Origin: Bacteroidia bacterium
GTDB lineage: Bacteria; Bacteroidota; Bacteroidia; UBA4408
Assembly (NCBI GenBank): GCA_044370375.1
Contig: JBILVQ010000003.1
Location: 1 to 41,070 of the forward strand
Reading direction: 5' to 3'
DNA length: 41,070 nt
The position numbers and the translations under genes are program-made. Position 1 is the first letter of the stretch; each line of letters starts with the position of its first letter. A model generated the notes under the pieces. The model made no database searches and was not told the DNA's origin. It saw only the letters and a program-made list of their open reading frames with translations. Shown here in pieces: positions 21,226 through 30,181 of this stretch.

Positions 21226-21744
21226 TTAATTACGGTCGGAGAGCGTTTTTACAATTCCTGCCAACTTGTTTTTACCTGATTGAAGGGCAGAAACAACATT
21301 TTTAGCAGGCGATTGTAAAAGACCAATAACGTCACCAATCAATTCGTTTTTAGATTTTATTGCTACCAGAGCATCGATCTGGTTATCACCGATGTAAGAA
21401 CACTCTTCAACCCAAGCAGCCTTCAAAATTGGGCGATCGTTCTTTTTTCTGAATTCCTTAATAAGTTTGGCAGGAGCGTTTCCTAATTCACAAAACATTA
21501 TTGAAGAGGATCCTTTAAGAACAGGGTACAAAGATTCATAGTCACCTGAGGAACGCTCAAGCGCTTTTCTTAGCAGGGTGTTTTTTACCATTTTCAGGCG
21601 AATATCTGCCTGAAAACACTTTCTACGCAACTCGTTGTTTTTTGCAACAGTTAAGGTAGATATATCCGTGATATAAAAGTTAGGGTTGTTTTGGATTTCC
21701 ACCACCAACTCTTCGATAGCCGAGTTTTTTTCTTCTTTTCTCAT
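21226..21744 (-). CDS. rplJ: 50S ribosomal protein L10
   Basis: LRRKCF...VKNTLLRKALE...LLQSPAKNVVSALQSG; position between rplA and rplL. Confidence 0.98.
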   Translation of the reverse strand: MRKEEKNSAIEELVVEIQNNPNFYITDISTLTVAKNNELRRKCFQADIRLKMVKNTLLRKALERSSGDYESLYPVLKGSSSIMFCELGNAPAKLIKEFRKKNDRPILKAAWVEECSYIGDNQIDALVAIKSKNELIGDVIGLLQSPAKNVVSALQSGKNKLAGIVKTLSDRN

Positions 21745-21773
21745 GTCAATTTTTACTTGAAGTGATTAGTTGG

Positions 21774-22466
21774 TTAGGCGATTGATTTTGGTTCAATTTG
21801 GATACCCGGGCTCATGGTACTTGAAAGGAAAATACTTTTTATGTATGCTCCTTTGGCTGCACTAGGCTTCAACTTTAAAATGGTTTGCAATAATTCATTA
21901 GCATTTTCAGCAATTTTATCGCTTTCAAAAGAAACCTTACCAATAGAGGCGTGGATAATACCGGTTTTATCAACTTTAAAATCAATTTTTCCGGCTTTTA
22001 CCTCAGCCACTGCCTTGCCCACTTCCATGGTAACCGTGCCGGTTTTAGGGTTTGGCATTAAACCGCGGGGACCAAGAATTTTTCCAAGAGCACCTACTTT
22101 ACCCATTGCTGTTGGGGTTGTGATGATTACATCCACACCGGTCCAACCACCTTTGATTTTTTCAATGTACTCATCCAATCCAACAAAATCTGCTCCTGCT
22201 GCTTTGGCCTCTTCCTCCTTATCAGGTGAACAAAGTACAAGTACTTTTTTAACCTTTCCGGTTCCATGAGGCAAGGTTACAATACCTCTTACCATTTGGT
22301 TAGCTTTTCGCGGATCTACACCCAAACGGATGCAAAGGTCTACGGATGAATCGAATTTGGTATAAGTGATGTCCTTAACCAATTTGGAGGCCTCTCCTAG
22401 TGTGTAGGATTTCTTCTTGTCAACAAGACCCTCCACTTTCTTTCTGTTCTTCGTTATTTGAGCCAT
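21774..22466 (-). CDS. rplA: 50S ribosomal protein L1
   Basis: [44 protein letters not shown]. Confidence 0.99.
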   Translation of the reverse strand: MAQITKNRKKVEGLVDKKKSYTLGEASKLVKDITYTKFDSSVDLCIRLGVDPRKANQMVRGIVTLPHGTGKVKKVLVLCSPDKEEEAKAAGADFVGLDEYIEKIKGGWTGVDVIITTPTAMGKVGALGKILGPRGLMPNPKTGTVTMEVGKAVAEVKAGKIDFKVDKTGIIHASIGKVSFESDKIAENANELLQTILKLKPSAAKGAYIKSIFLSSTMSPGIQIEPKSIA

Positions 22467-22499
22467 GAGTATAGCTTTTTGAATTTCGGTTAAGGGTGA

Positions 22500-22943
22500 T
22501 TATTTCTTTAAGGGACTTTCTCCGTTAATGGTGATTCCCATGCTTCTTGCGGTTCCTGCAACCATGCTCATTGCTGAGTCAATGGTAAAGCAATTCAAAT
22601 CCGGCATTTTTTCCTGTGCAATAGCCTGAACTTGCTCCCAGGTAACCGAACCAACTTTTTTTCTGTTAGGTTCGGCTGAGCCAGACTTAACTTTTCCGGC
22701 CTCTAACAATTGAGCGGCAACGGGTGGCGTTTTAATGATAAAGTCGAACGACTTATCAGAATAAACGGTAATTAATACCGGTAAAATTTTTCCGGGACGG
22801 TCTTGGGTTCTAGCATTAAACTGCTTACAGAACTCCATAATGTTTACACCTTTGGAACCTAAAGCAGGACCGATTGGAGGGGCAGGATTAGCTGCTCCAC
22901 CTTTCACCTGAAGTTTCACAAAGCCAGTGATTTCTTTCGCCAT
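22500..22943 (-). CDS. rplK: 50S ribosomal protein L11
   Basis: [15 protein letters not shown]...FCKQFNART...GTARSMG. Confidence 0.99.
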   Translation of the reverse strand: MAKEITGFVKLQVKGGAANPAPPIGPALGSKGVNIMEFCKQFNARTQDRPGKILPVLITVYSDKSFDFIIKTPPVAAQLLEAGKVKSGSAEPNRKKVGSVTWEQVQAIAQEKMPDLNCFTIDSAMSMVAGTARSMGITINGESPLKK

Positions 22944-22976
22944 TTTTTACTTTATTTTGATGCCTTGAGGCTCTTG

Positions 22977-23564
22977 TTATTCTTTTTCAACTTGCATGTA
23001 AGAAAGCTCTAGTGGTGTTTTTCTTCCGAAAATTTTCACCATCACTTTCAATTTTTTCTTTTCCTCATTGATTTCTTCAATCACACCGGAGAAGCTGTTA
23101 AACGGACCATCAACTACTTTTACCGTTTCACCAACAATAAATGGAATGGTCAATTCTTCATCTTTTTCTGCCAATTGGTCAACCTTACCTAAAATTCGGT
23201 TTACCTCTGCCTGCCTGAGGGGAAGAGGGTCACCATTCTTATCACCAAGGAACCCAATTACGCCAGTAATATTCTTGATGGCATGAGGAATTTCCCCTAC
23301 CAAAGTTGCTTCTATCAATATATAGCCCGGGAAAAAGTTCCTTTCCTTACTGATTTTCTTACCGTTTCTGATTTGGTAAATTTTTTCAGTTGGAATAAGT
23401 ACCTGAGCCACATAATCACTCAATCCGAGACGACCAATCTCTACTTCAATGTACTGTTTAATTTTCTTCTCTTTTCCGGAAATGGCGCGAACTACGTACC
23501 ACTTCTTTGAAGAATCGGAAGAAGGATTTGAAACAGTTTCATTATGTATTTCACCTGAGGTCAT
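22977..23564 (-). CDS. nusG: Transcription termination/antitermination factor NusG
   Basis: KWYVVRAISGKE, FFPGYIL, KOW motif VVDGPF..F.G, IFGRKTPLEL. Start overlaps the secE stop (TAATG). Confidence 0.98.
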   Translation of the reverse strand: MTSGEIHNETVSNPSSDSSKKWYVVRAISGKEKKIKQYIEVEIGRLGLSDYVAQVLIPTEKIYQIRNGKKISKERNFFPGYILIEATLVGEIPHAIKNITGVIGFLGDKNGDPLPLRQAEVNRILGKVDQLAEKDEELTIPFIVGETVKVVDGPFNSFSGVIEEINEEKKKLKVMVKIFGRKTPLELSYMQVEKE

Positions 23565-23758
23565 TACCCGGAGATTTTATAAAGATTTTCCATGATAAAC
23601 CTAAAGCTTGAGTCCATTGCCAAAACAATTAGGGCAATAATAACAGATGCTACCATCACAATGATTGCACTACTTTGGAGCTCAGGCCATGTTGGCCAAC
23701 TTACCTTGTGTACCAACTCCTGGTAGCTTTCCTGAAAATATACTTTTAGTTTATTCAT
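23564..23758 (-). CDS. secE: Preprotein translocase subunit SecE
   Basis: ELVHKVSWPTWPEL followed by one transmembrane helix; lies between tRNA-Trp and nusG. Confidence 0.97.
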   Translation of the reverse strand: MNKLKVYFQESYQELVHKVSWPTWPELQSSAIIVMVASVIIALIVLAMDSSFRFIMENLYKISG

Positions 23759-23771
23759 TTTCTTTTGTTTG

Positions 23772-23842
23772 CACGGGTGGAGAGATTCGAACTCCCATCA
23801 ACGGTTTTGGAGACCGCTATTCTACCCTTGAACTACACCCGT
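23772..23842 (-). tRNA. tRNA-Trp (CCA)
   Basis: ACGGGTG/CACCCGT acceptor stem; anticodon arm GCGGT-CTCCAAA-ACCGT; GTTCGAATC T-loop; 3' CCA not encoded. Confidence 0.97.
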
Positions 23843-23864
23843 TTACTGATTATTCGCAGGTAGA

Positions 23865-23894
23865 ATAGCAGATTCCCATGAGGGAATCTGCTAT
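23865..23894. other. 13-bp perfect hairpin between tuf and tRNA-Trp
   Basis: ATAGCAGATTCCC-ATGA-GGGAATCTGCTAT with no U-tract; more likely a 3' stabiliser or processing stem than a terminator. Confidence 0.7.
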
Positions 23895-23908
23895 ATCCTA
23901 CAATTCAA

Positions 23909-25096
23909 TTAGGCAATGATTTCAGTTACCTGACCAGCACCAACGGTACGTCCACCTTCGCGGATAGCGAAACGAAGACCTTTATCCATCGCTACAGGAA
24001 CGATCAACTTTACAGTAATGGTTACGTTATCACCAGGCATTACCATTTCGCGACCCTCAGGAAGAACGATTTCTCCTGTTACGTCTGTTGTACGAAGGTA
24101 AAACTGAGGACGGTATCTGTTATGGAAAGGAGTGTGACGACCACCTTCTTCTTTCTTCAATACGTAAATTTCAGCTTTGAAATCAGTGTGAGGAGTAATT
24201 GAACCCGGTTTTGCAATAACCATACCTCTGCGGATATCGTTTTTGTCAATACCACGTAACAATAAACCTACGTTGTCACCAGCTTCTCCACGATCCAATA
24301 ATTTACGGAACATTTCAACACCGGTTACAACCGACTTCATCTTTGTTTCCTGCATTCCGATTACTTCAACCTCTTCTCCAGAGTTAATAACTCCAGTCTC
24401 GATTCTACCAGTAGCAACAGTACCACGACCGGTAATAGAGAATACGTCTTCAACAGGCATCAAGAAAGGCTTGTCAACCTGACGTGGAGGAATTGGAATA
24501 AATGCATCAACAGCGTCCATCAATTCCATAATTTTTGGAACCCAGTTGGCATCCTTGTTCAAACCACCTAAGGCAGAACCACGGATGATTGGTGTGTTGT
24601 CACCATCAAACTGGTAGAAACTAAGTAATTCACGAATTTCCATTTCAACAAGGTCTAACAACTCAGGGTCATCAACCATGTCAACTTTGTTCATGAAAAC
24701 TACAATTTTAGGTACACCTACCTGACGAGCCAAAAGGATGTGCTCGCGAGTTTGAGGCATTGGACCATCAGTAGCAGCTACTACAAGAATAGCTCCATCC
24801 ATTTGGGCCGCACCAGTAACCATGTTTTTAACGTAGTCAGCGTGACCAGGACAGTCAACGTGTGCGTAGTGACGGTTACCCGTTTCATACTCTACGTGAG
24901 AAGTATTAATGGTAATACCTCTTTCTTTCTCTTCAGGAGCGTTGTCGATTGAAGAGAAGTCGCGCACTTGCGCCCAACCTTTGTCTGCAAGTACAGAGGT
25001 AATTGCTGCGGTAAGGGTTGTTTTACCGTGGTCAACGTGACCAATTGTTCCAATGTTCACGTGGGGTTTGGAACGGTCGAATTTTTCTTTAGCCAT
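23909..25096 (-). CDS. tuf: Elongation factor Tu
   Basis: [28 protein letters not shown]. Confidence 0.99.
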   Translation of the reverse strand: MAKEKFDRSKPHVNIGTIGHVDHGKTTLTAAITSVLADKGWAQVRDFSSIDNAPEEKERGITINTSHVEYETGNRHYAHVDCPGHADYVKNMVTGAAQMDGAILVVAATDGPMPQTREHILLARQVGVPKIVVFMNKVDMVDDPELLDLVEMEIRELLSFYQFDGDNTPIIRGSALGGLNKDANWVPKIMELMDAVDAFIPIPPRQVDKPFLMPVEDVFSITGRGTVATGRIETGVINSGEEVEVIGMQETKMKSVVTGVEMFRKLLDRGEAGDNVGLLLRGIDKNDIRRGMVIAKPGSITPHTDFKAEIYVLKKEEGGRHTPFHNRYRPQFYLRTTDVTGEIVLPEGREMVMPGDNVTITVKLIVPVAMDKGLRFAIREGGRTVGAGQVTEIIA

Positions 25097-25200
25097 GCTA
25101 TATCAGTGTTTGAGAGTTAAAAAAAATTTGTCCTACAAATTTTTTGAGGTTTAAGGTTTCTCGTTGAAGCTTGCCGCGTTTTAAGGCAGCAAACTCTTGG

Positions 25201-25229
25201 TCAAAAAAATTAAGGTTTAACCCTTAATT
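25201..25229 (-). terminator. Weak terminator-like hairpin between tRNA cluster and tuf
   Basis: Minus strand AATTAAGG-GTTAAA-CCTTAATT followed by TTTTT; AT-rich stem. Confidence 0.4.
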
Positions 25230-25243
25230 CAATCTTCCCTTCG

Positions 25244-25315
<72 letters not shown>

Positions 25316-25439
25316 TGAATTAGTTTGCCATTTGTCTGTCGGTAATGAATTGAATTTCAATTTTTTTACCTCCTGAAAAACGACATGGCGGTTAAGCAGG
25401 TTTTTGTTGGTACTTGCGTACCGTAGGGCCGAAACCCGG

Positions 25440-25512
25440 AGCGGAAGACGGGGCTCGAACCCGCCACCCTCAGCTTGGAAGGCTGATGCTCTACCAAATG
25501 AGCTACTTCCGC
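25440..25512 (-). tRNA. tRNA-Gly (TCC)
   Basis: GCGGAAG/CTTCCGC acceptor stem; TCAGC-CTTCCAA-GCTGA anticodon arm; CCA not encoded. Confidence 0.97.
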
Positions 25513-25541
25513 TAATCCTGCTTAACCATGGAAAATCTTTG

Positions 25542-25627
25542 TGGTGGGGAGAGGAGGATTCGAACCTCCGAAGTCGTAAGACAGCAGATTTACAGTCTGA
25601 TCCATTTGGCCACTCTGGAATCTCCCC
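25542..25627 (-). tRNA. tRNA-Tyr (GTA)
   Basis: GGGGAGA/TCTCCCC acceptor stem; CTGTAAA anticodon loop; long variable arm; 3' CCA encoded. Confidence 0.97.
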
Positions 25628-25660
25628 TGAGATTTTCCATTTACAATATTTAAAAGAACG

Positions 25661-25734
25661 AGCCGGTGGAGGGATTCGAACCCCCGACCAGCTGATTACA
25701 AATCAGCTGCTCTGGCCAACTGAGCTACACCGGC
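25661..25734 (-). tRNA. tRNA-Thr (TGT)
   Basis: GCCGGTG/CACCGGC acceptor stem; GCTGA-TTTGTAA-TCAGC anticodon arm; CCA not encoded. Confidence 0.97.
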
Positions 25735-25748
25735 TTTTGTTTTGATGC

Positions 25749-25784
25749 AAAAAAAAATGCAGCCCCCTTTTTTTGGGGACTGCA
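25749..25784 (-). terminator. Intrinsic terminator downstream of hpf, overlapping the tRNA-operon promoter
   Basis: Minus strand TGCAGTCCCC-(A run)-GGGGGCTGCA followed by 9 T. Confidence 0.7.
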
Positions 25785-25813
25785 AATGTATGAAGGTTTT
25801 AGAAAATTACAAA
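25783..25813 (-). promoter_or_regulatory. Bacteroidota primary-sigma promoter of tRNA-tuf operon
   Basis: TTTG (25813-25810), 19-nt spacer, TACATTTG (25790-25783): matches the -33/-7 consensus TTTG-N19-21-TAnnTTTG. Confidence 0.85.
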
Positions 25814-25857
25814 CCCTAATGAATTTTTTTTATAAAATTCTTGGTTTTTTGTGTAAG

Positions 25858-26157
25858 TTATTCACCATGAACCTTTTCCTTGTACTTTTTTAACTGTTTC
25901 GTCAAGGCGTCCAAAGAGGTATCTACCGCTTCCTCAAAAGATTTACACTGTTTTTTAGCAAATAAATCATGTCCGGAAATGTGTAGCCTGATTTCTGCCA
26001 CCTTGTTCGAGGAAACACTCGACTTATCAATTCTTAAAAAAACATTCCCCTCAATAATCCCATCGTGAAAATGGGTTAAACGGTCTGTTTTGTCCTTAAT
26101 AAAGTCAAGAAGTTTGCTGTCTGCATCAAAATGGATGCTCTGAATGTCTAGTTTCAT
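25858..26157 (-). CDS. hpf: Ribosome hibernation promoting factor / RaiA (short form)
   Basis: IQSIHFDADSKL..FI..K...NKVAEI.L...G.DLFAKKQCKSFEEAVD; ATG at 26157 preferred. Confidence 0.93.
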   Translation of the reverse strand: MKLDIQSIHFDADSKLLDFIKDKTDRLTHFHDGIIEGNVFLRIDKSSVSSNKVAEIRLHISGHDLFAKKQCKSFEEAVDTSLDALTKQLKKYKEKVHGE

Positions 26158-26210
26158 ATTCAATAATTTTAAATTTCTTCCATCGTAGAACTTGGATCTG
26201 AATCCAAACT

Positions 26211-26218
26211 CAAATTTA
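26211..26218 (-). promoter_or_regulatory. Putative -7 promoter element for hpf
   Basis: TAAATTTG on the minus strand 54 nt upstream of the ATG, followed by a small hairpin TTGGAT-N4-ATCCAA. Confidence 0.55.
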
Positions 26219-26363
26219 ACTATTTATTACCTTTTTATTCATCCTTATGTTTCGTAATTTTTTATAAAGAAGTCTAAAATTACTTAATCCTTTGCATAAC
26301 AGCCGTTTAAAAATATGCTTGCCCCCTCTCCTGCCCTAAAGCCTAATTCAAAATCCTACACCT

Positions 26364-28943
26364 TTATCTTAACAAGGTAACTGCACCAACCAATTCCCTT
26401 TTCCCATCATCATTGGCCCTGTAATTCACCACATAAACGTAAGTGCCCTGCGGACAACCACTACCGTCCCAAAAAAAATCAGGATTTTCCGTTTCAAAAA
26501 CCTTCATGCCCCAACGGTTATAGATACTCATGGAGAAAAAACCTTTCGCAATATTATCAGACGCGATTCCAAAAACATCGTTTTCACCATCCCCGTTGGG
26601 TGTAAATGCGGTTGGAACATATAAACTAGTGTTGCTGATTACTTTTAAATACTTAACCACCGAATCTGTACAACCGGATTCTGTCATCACTTTCAGGTCT
26701 ATTCTGTAGGTGCCGGTATCCGTGGCTTCATATTTCCATGAGGGATTATTTCCCTGAAAAATTCCATTGAGCGACCATTCATGAACCGCAACCTCCTGGG
26801 TGGAAGAACTTATTAATGCTTCAGGATTATTACTAATATTTACAACAGGAGGCTCCAATAAAAACGTGGCTCGAGGGGTTGAAAAAGCATTAAAATAACA
26901 AGGCTTTGTGATGGTTGATTTACAACCCGAAACACCATCAACCACAGAAAAAGACACATCCTTGCATCCGGGTAATTGAAATAAAACAGTTGGATTGAGA
27001 ACCGAAGAGGAACCCTCATTCCCCAATAACCAATAGTAAGTACTTGAAGGGTCTGCATTCGTGATACCCAACAAATCCACCCCAAAAGGTGTACAGCCCT
27101 CTGTTGTAGCGGCAATAAAATCTACTTGTGGAGCAGGAATTACGATAATATCCACATTTTGGCTAACCGGTGAAGAGCCACAGCCATCGGCCAAGGTTAC
27201 CTGGTAATTTGTGGTGACGGTTGGACTTACCCAAATTTCATAAACCGAAACTACACCTATCCCCTGATTCCATGATAACTGATAAACTCCATCTCCACCG
27301 GAGGGATTCACCAACAGCAATGAGGAGTCTCCCTCGCAAATATTTCCACCTCCAACCAGTGACAAGGATAATGGTGGAGAAACATCCACATTAATGGTGG
27401 CAGTGGCCGATGTACACCCATTGGCATCGGTGGCAAAAACAGTGTAGGCAGCACTTGCAGCGGGAACAAAATTCTGGGTTGGCGAATTTGGAAGTCCGCC
27501 AGACCAACTATAAATGTAGGGTGGGGAGCCTCCTCCGGCGGTTGCCGTTAAATTGACCAGTAAACCGGAGCATACCTGAACATCGGGGCTAACCGACAAT
27601 GTAAGCCCAATTTGTGGAACAACAATGGTCTCTATGAGTGAGCAATTATTTGCATCGGTAACGGTCACCGAATAGCTTCCAGGCAACAAATTGTTGGCTT
27701 GGCCTGTGTTTCCGGCTACAGGAGGATTCCAAGCATACGTAAAGGGGCCGGCACCAACATCAACGGTAACCTGTGCAGTTCCATTTGGAACACCGCAATC
27801 AGCAGGTGTTGAGGAAGTAGATAAAATAAGGGTCGGTACCACCGAAATAACAGCAAAGGCCGAACCGATGCACCCACCGGCATCCGTTACGGTCACCTGA
27901 TAAGTGCCATTCCCTAAATTGGAAGCTGTTTGTGTATTTTGAACAGGAGTTGTTGACCATGCGTAAACAAAGGGAGGTGTTCCTAAACCATTCACCACAT
28001 TTGCAGTGGCTTCGTAATAAAAACAACTGGTTTGTGTGGTTGATACAGTAACATCCAATGCGGTTACATTGAAAACATCACCGGTATTTAGGATGCCCAC
28101 ATTGCCACATAAATCGGTTACGGTTCCAACCAAGGATAAATTATACGCTCCACTGGTAGTGATGGCAGGTGTAATGGTTAGGTCATAAATATTGGTATAA
28201 GTTGCCCCGGATGCACAAACAGGGCTGTTTACTGCAGTTACGGTGTATGGCCCGCCAGGACCGGTAATCTGGAAATCGGCAGGATCTACGGTATTGCAAA
28301 GCACATTTTCGGTAAATGCAAAGGAGATGGTTGTAGCCCCGCAAGCTACTGGTGGAAGTATTCCATCAATAGCCGGAGGAATATTGTCAAAGATGGCCGC
28401 TGTGGAAGCCGAAAAATCAAGTGTATATCCTGTTTGATTGATTGAATTATAGTTTGAAATAAGAACAACATAGGTTTCACCGGCCAATACCGGAATCACC
28501 AACTCACTCCATGGACTTAAAGTACCATTCGGCAATAAATTACCATTAGGCCCCGTTGGTCCGGGCAAACCATAAAAGTTACAGCTAACTTCCAAGGCCG
28601 GGTTGGTAAAAATATCCGCACAAACATTGTTGGTCAAATTGAATACCGCCCAATCGTAATCATCAGAACCATTTGGTGTCAATGTAAAGGATAAATCACC
28701 TGAAGTTTGAATGTTAAAGGTGTACCACACTGAATTCACCTCACTACCCAAACAGGAAATAGGGCCATTAATTTCGCCCGGATAATTGCCTGAGCCGGAA
28801 AAACTATTGGGTTGCACGTATACATCCTGACAAACAGAAATAGCACCCAAACAGTCTTGATTGGTAGGTGCTTGCGCAAGCGCTTCGGGGATAAAAATAC
28901 CCCACAAAACTCCCAAAAAGAAAAACCTCCAAAGGATGTTCAT
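26364..28943 (-). CDS. T9SS type-B (gliding-motility-associated C-terminal domain) surface protein with SprB-like/Ig/PKD repeats
   Basis: Signal peptide. Repeats 'G.PP..Y.W....L..G.Y.VTVTDA..C'. C-terminal LYVPTAFTPNGDGENDVF...IYNRWG...WDG...GTYVY...GAVTLLR. Confidence 0.9.
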   Translation of the reverse strand: MNILWRFFFLGVLWGIFIPEALAQAPTNQDCLGAISVCQDVYVQPNSFSGSGNYPGEINGPISCLGSEVNSVWYTFNIQTSGDLSFTLTPNGSDDYDWAVFNLTNNVCADIFTNPALEVSCNFYGLPGPTGPNGNLLPNGTLSPWSELVIPVLAGETYVVLISNYNSINQTGYTLDFSASTAAIFDNIPPAIDGILPPVACGATTISFAFTENVLCNTVDPADFQITGPGGPYTVTAVNSPVCASGATYTNIYDLTITPAITTSGAYNLSLVGTVTDLCGNVGILNTGDVFNVTALDVTVSTTQTSCFYYEATANVVNGLGTPPFVYAWSTTPVQNTQTASNLGNGTYQVTVTDAGGCIGSAFAVISVVPTLILSTSSTPADCGVPNGTAQVTVDVGAGPFTYAWNPPVAGNTGQANNLLPGSYSVTVTDANNCSLIETIVVPQIGLTLSVSPDVQVCSGLLVNLTATAGGGSPPYIYSWSGGLPNSPTQNFVPAASAAYTVFATDANGCTSATATINVDVSPPLSLSLVGGGNICEGDSSLLLVNPSGGDGVYQLSWNQGIGVVSVYEIWVSPTVTTNYQVTLADGCGSSPVSQNVDIIVIPAPQVDFIAATTEGCTPFGVDLLGITNADPSSTYYWLLGNEGSSSVLNPTVLFQLPGCKDVSFSVVDGVSGCKSTITKPCYFNAFSTPRATFLLEPPVVNISNNPEALISSSTQEVAVHEWSLNGIFQGNNPSWKYEATDTGTYRIDLKVMTESGCTDSVVKYLKVISNTSLYVPTAFTPNGDGENDVFGIASDNIAKGFFSMSIYNRWGMKVFETENPDFFWDGSGCPQGTYVYVVNYRANDDGKRELVGAVTLLR

Positions 28944-29150
28944 ACTCAAATTTCTGTTAACAGTTGGTAAAATTATAACAAAAAATGAATCCGGCGGTTT
29001 TGAATTTGTTTTTTTTTTCTCAAATATTGAATAAATACGATCATCAAAAAATCCTTCTAGCCTTTTTTAACAATCATAAGGTCGGGCCATTGGAAAAGGG
29101 TTTGATAAGTTAGTTTTGATAATTCGCTTCTCAATATCGAAAGGGATTCT

Positions 29151-29158
29151 TACTTTTG
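29151..29158 (+). promoter_or_regulatory. Putative -7 promoter element for mdh
   Basis: TACTTTTG 27 nt before the ATG; a second match TAGTTTTG lies at 29111-29118. Confidence 0.55.
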
Positions 29159-29185
29159 GTGCCAAATATTAAATTAATCAGGCAA

Positions 29186-30124
29186 ATGAAAGTAACCGTT
29201 GTTGGTGCAGGTAACGTAGGAGCCACCTGTGCAAATGTGCTGGCGCACATGGATTTTTTGAAGGAGGTAGTCCTTCTTGATATTAAAAAGGGAACTGCAG
29301 AAGGAAAAGCCCTGGATATTTGGCAAACTGCACCCATCAACATGTACAGTACAAGAACTGTTGGTGTAACGGATGATTATGCGGCAACTGCAAATAGTGA
29401 TGTAGTTGTAATTACCACAGGTTTACCAAGAAAACCAGGCATGAGCAGGGACGATTTGATTTCGACCAATGCCGGTATTGTAAAAACGGTTACAGAAAAT
29501 ATCATGAAGTATTCACCCAATACTATTTTGGTAATTGTTTCTAACCCATTAGATGTAATGACGTATTGCGCCTATTTGACGGCAAAAATTGATTCAAAAA
29601 GGGTTTTCGGAATGGCAGGTATTCTTGATACTGCAAGATACAAAGCATTTTTAGCAGAGGCTCTTGATGTTTCTGCTAAAGATATTCAAGCGGTATTAAT
29701 GGGTGGTCATGGCGATACCATGGTTCCCCTTCCTCGATATACTACTGTTGGAGGGATTCCTGTAACCGAAATGATTGCAAAGGATAAATTAGATGCCATT
29801 ATTGAAAGAACGAAAAAAGGCGGTGGGGAAATCGTGAATTTACTAGGCACCTCCGCTTGGTATGCACCCGGTGCTGCTGCCGCACAAATGGTTGAATCCA
29901 TTTTGAAAGACGAAAACAGAGTTGTGCCAGTTTGCGCTTGGCTGCAAGGAGAATATGGTTTAAAAGACATCTACCTTGGGGTTCCGGTTAAACTTGGGAA
30001 AACAGGAATTACTGAAATTATTCAGCTTGATTTAAATGCTGATGAAAAGGAGTTGGTGAAAGCTTCCGCTGCAGCTGTAAAAGAGGTAATGGATGTTTTA
30101 GACAATATGAAAACACCGGCCTAA
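29186..30124 (+). CDS. mdh: Malate dehydrogenase (LDH-like type)
   Basis: MKVTVVGAGNVG Rossmann motif; PRKPGMSRDDL malate-specific loop; SNPLD, LDTAR, GGHGD. Confidence 0.97.
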   Translation: MKVTVVGAGNVGATCANVLAHMDFLKEVVLLDIKKGTAEGKALDIWQTAPINMYSTRTVGVTDDYAATANSDVVVITTGLPRKPGMSRDDLISTNAGIVKTVTENIMKYSPNTILVIVSNPLDVMTYCAYLTAKIDSKRVFGMAGILDTARYKAFLAEALDVSAKDIQAVLMGGHGDTMVPLPRYTTVGGIPVTEMIAKDKLDAIIERTKKGGGEIVNLLGTSAWYAPGAAAAQMVESILKDENRVVPVCAWLQGEYGLKDIYLGVPVKLGKTGITEIIQLDLNADEKELVKASAAAVKEVMDVLDNMKTPA

Positions 30125-30144
30125 TCGAAATAGGACAATGTACT

Positions 30145-30179
30145 AAACCCCCGCCAATTTCAAGCGGGGGTTTTTATTT
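30145..30179 (+). terminator. Intrinsic terminator after mdh
   Basis: AAACCCCCGC-N9-GCGGGGGTTT followed by TTATTT. Confidence 0.85.
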
Positions 30180-30181
30180 CT

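Noticed and set aside
23772-23842. Alternative genetic code or suppressor tRNA
   Set aside because: Anticodons are standard, and TGA, TAG and TAA all end conserved genes at expected lengths.
25404-25745. 113-aa plus-strand ORF
   Set aside because: It is antisense to three tRNA genes.
29101-29122. TTTGATAA direct repeat upstream of mdh
   Set aside because: It is a short AT-rich match in an AT-rich spacer and cannot be distinguished from chance.
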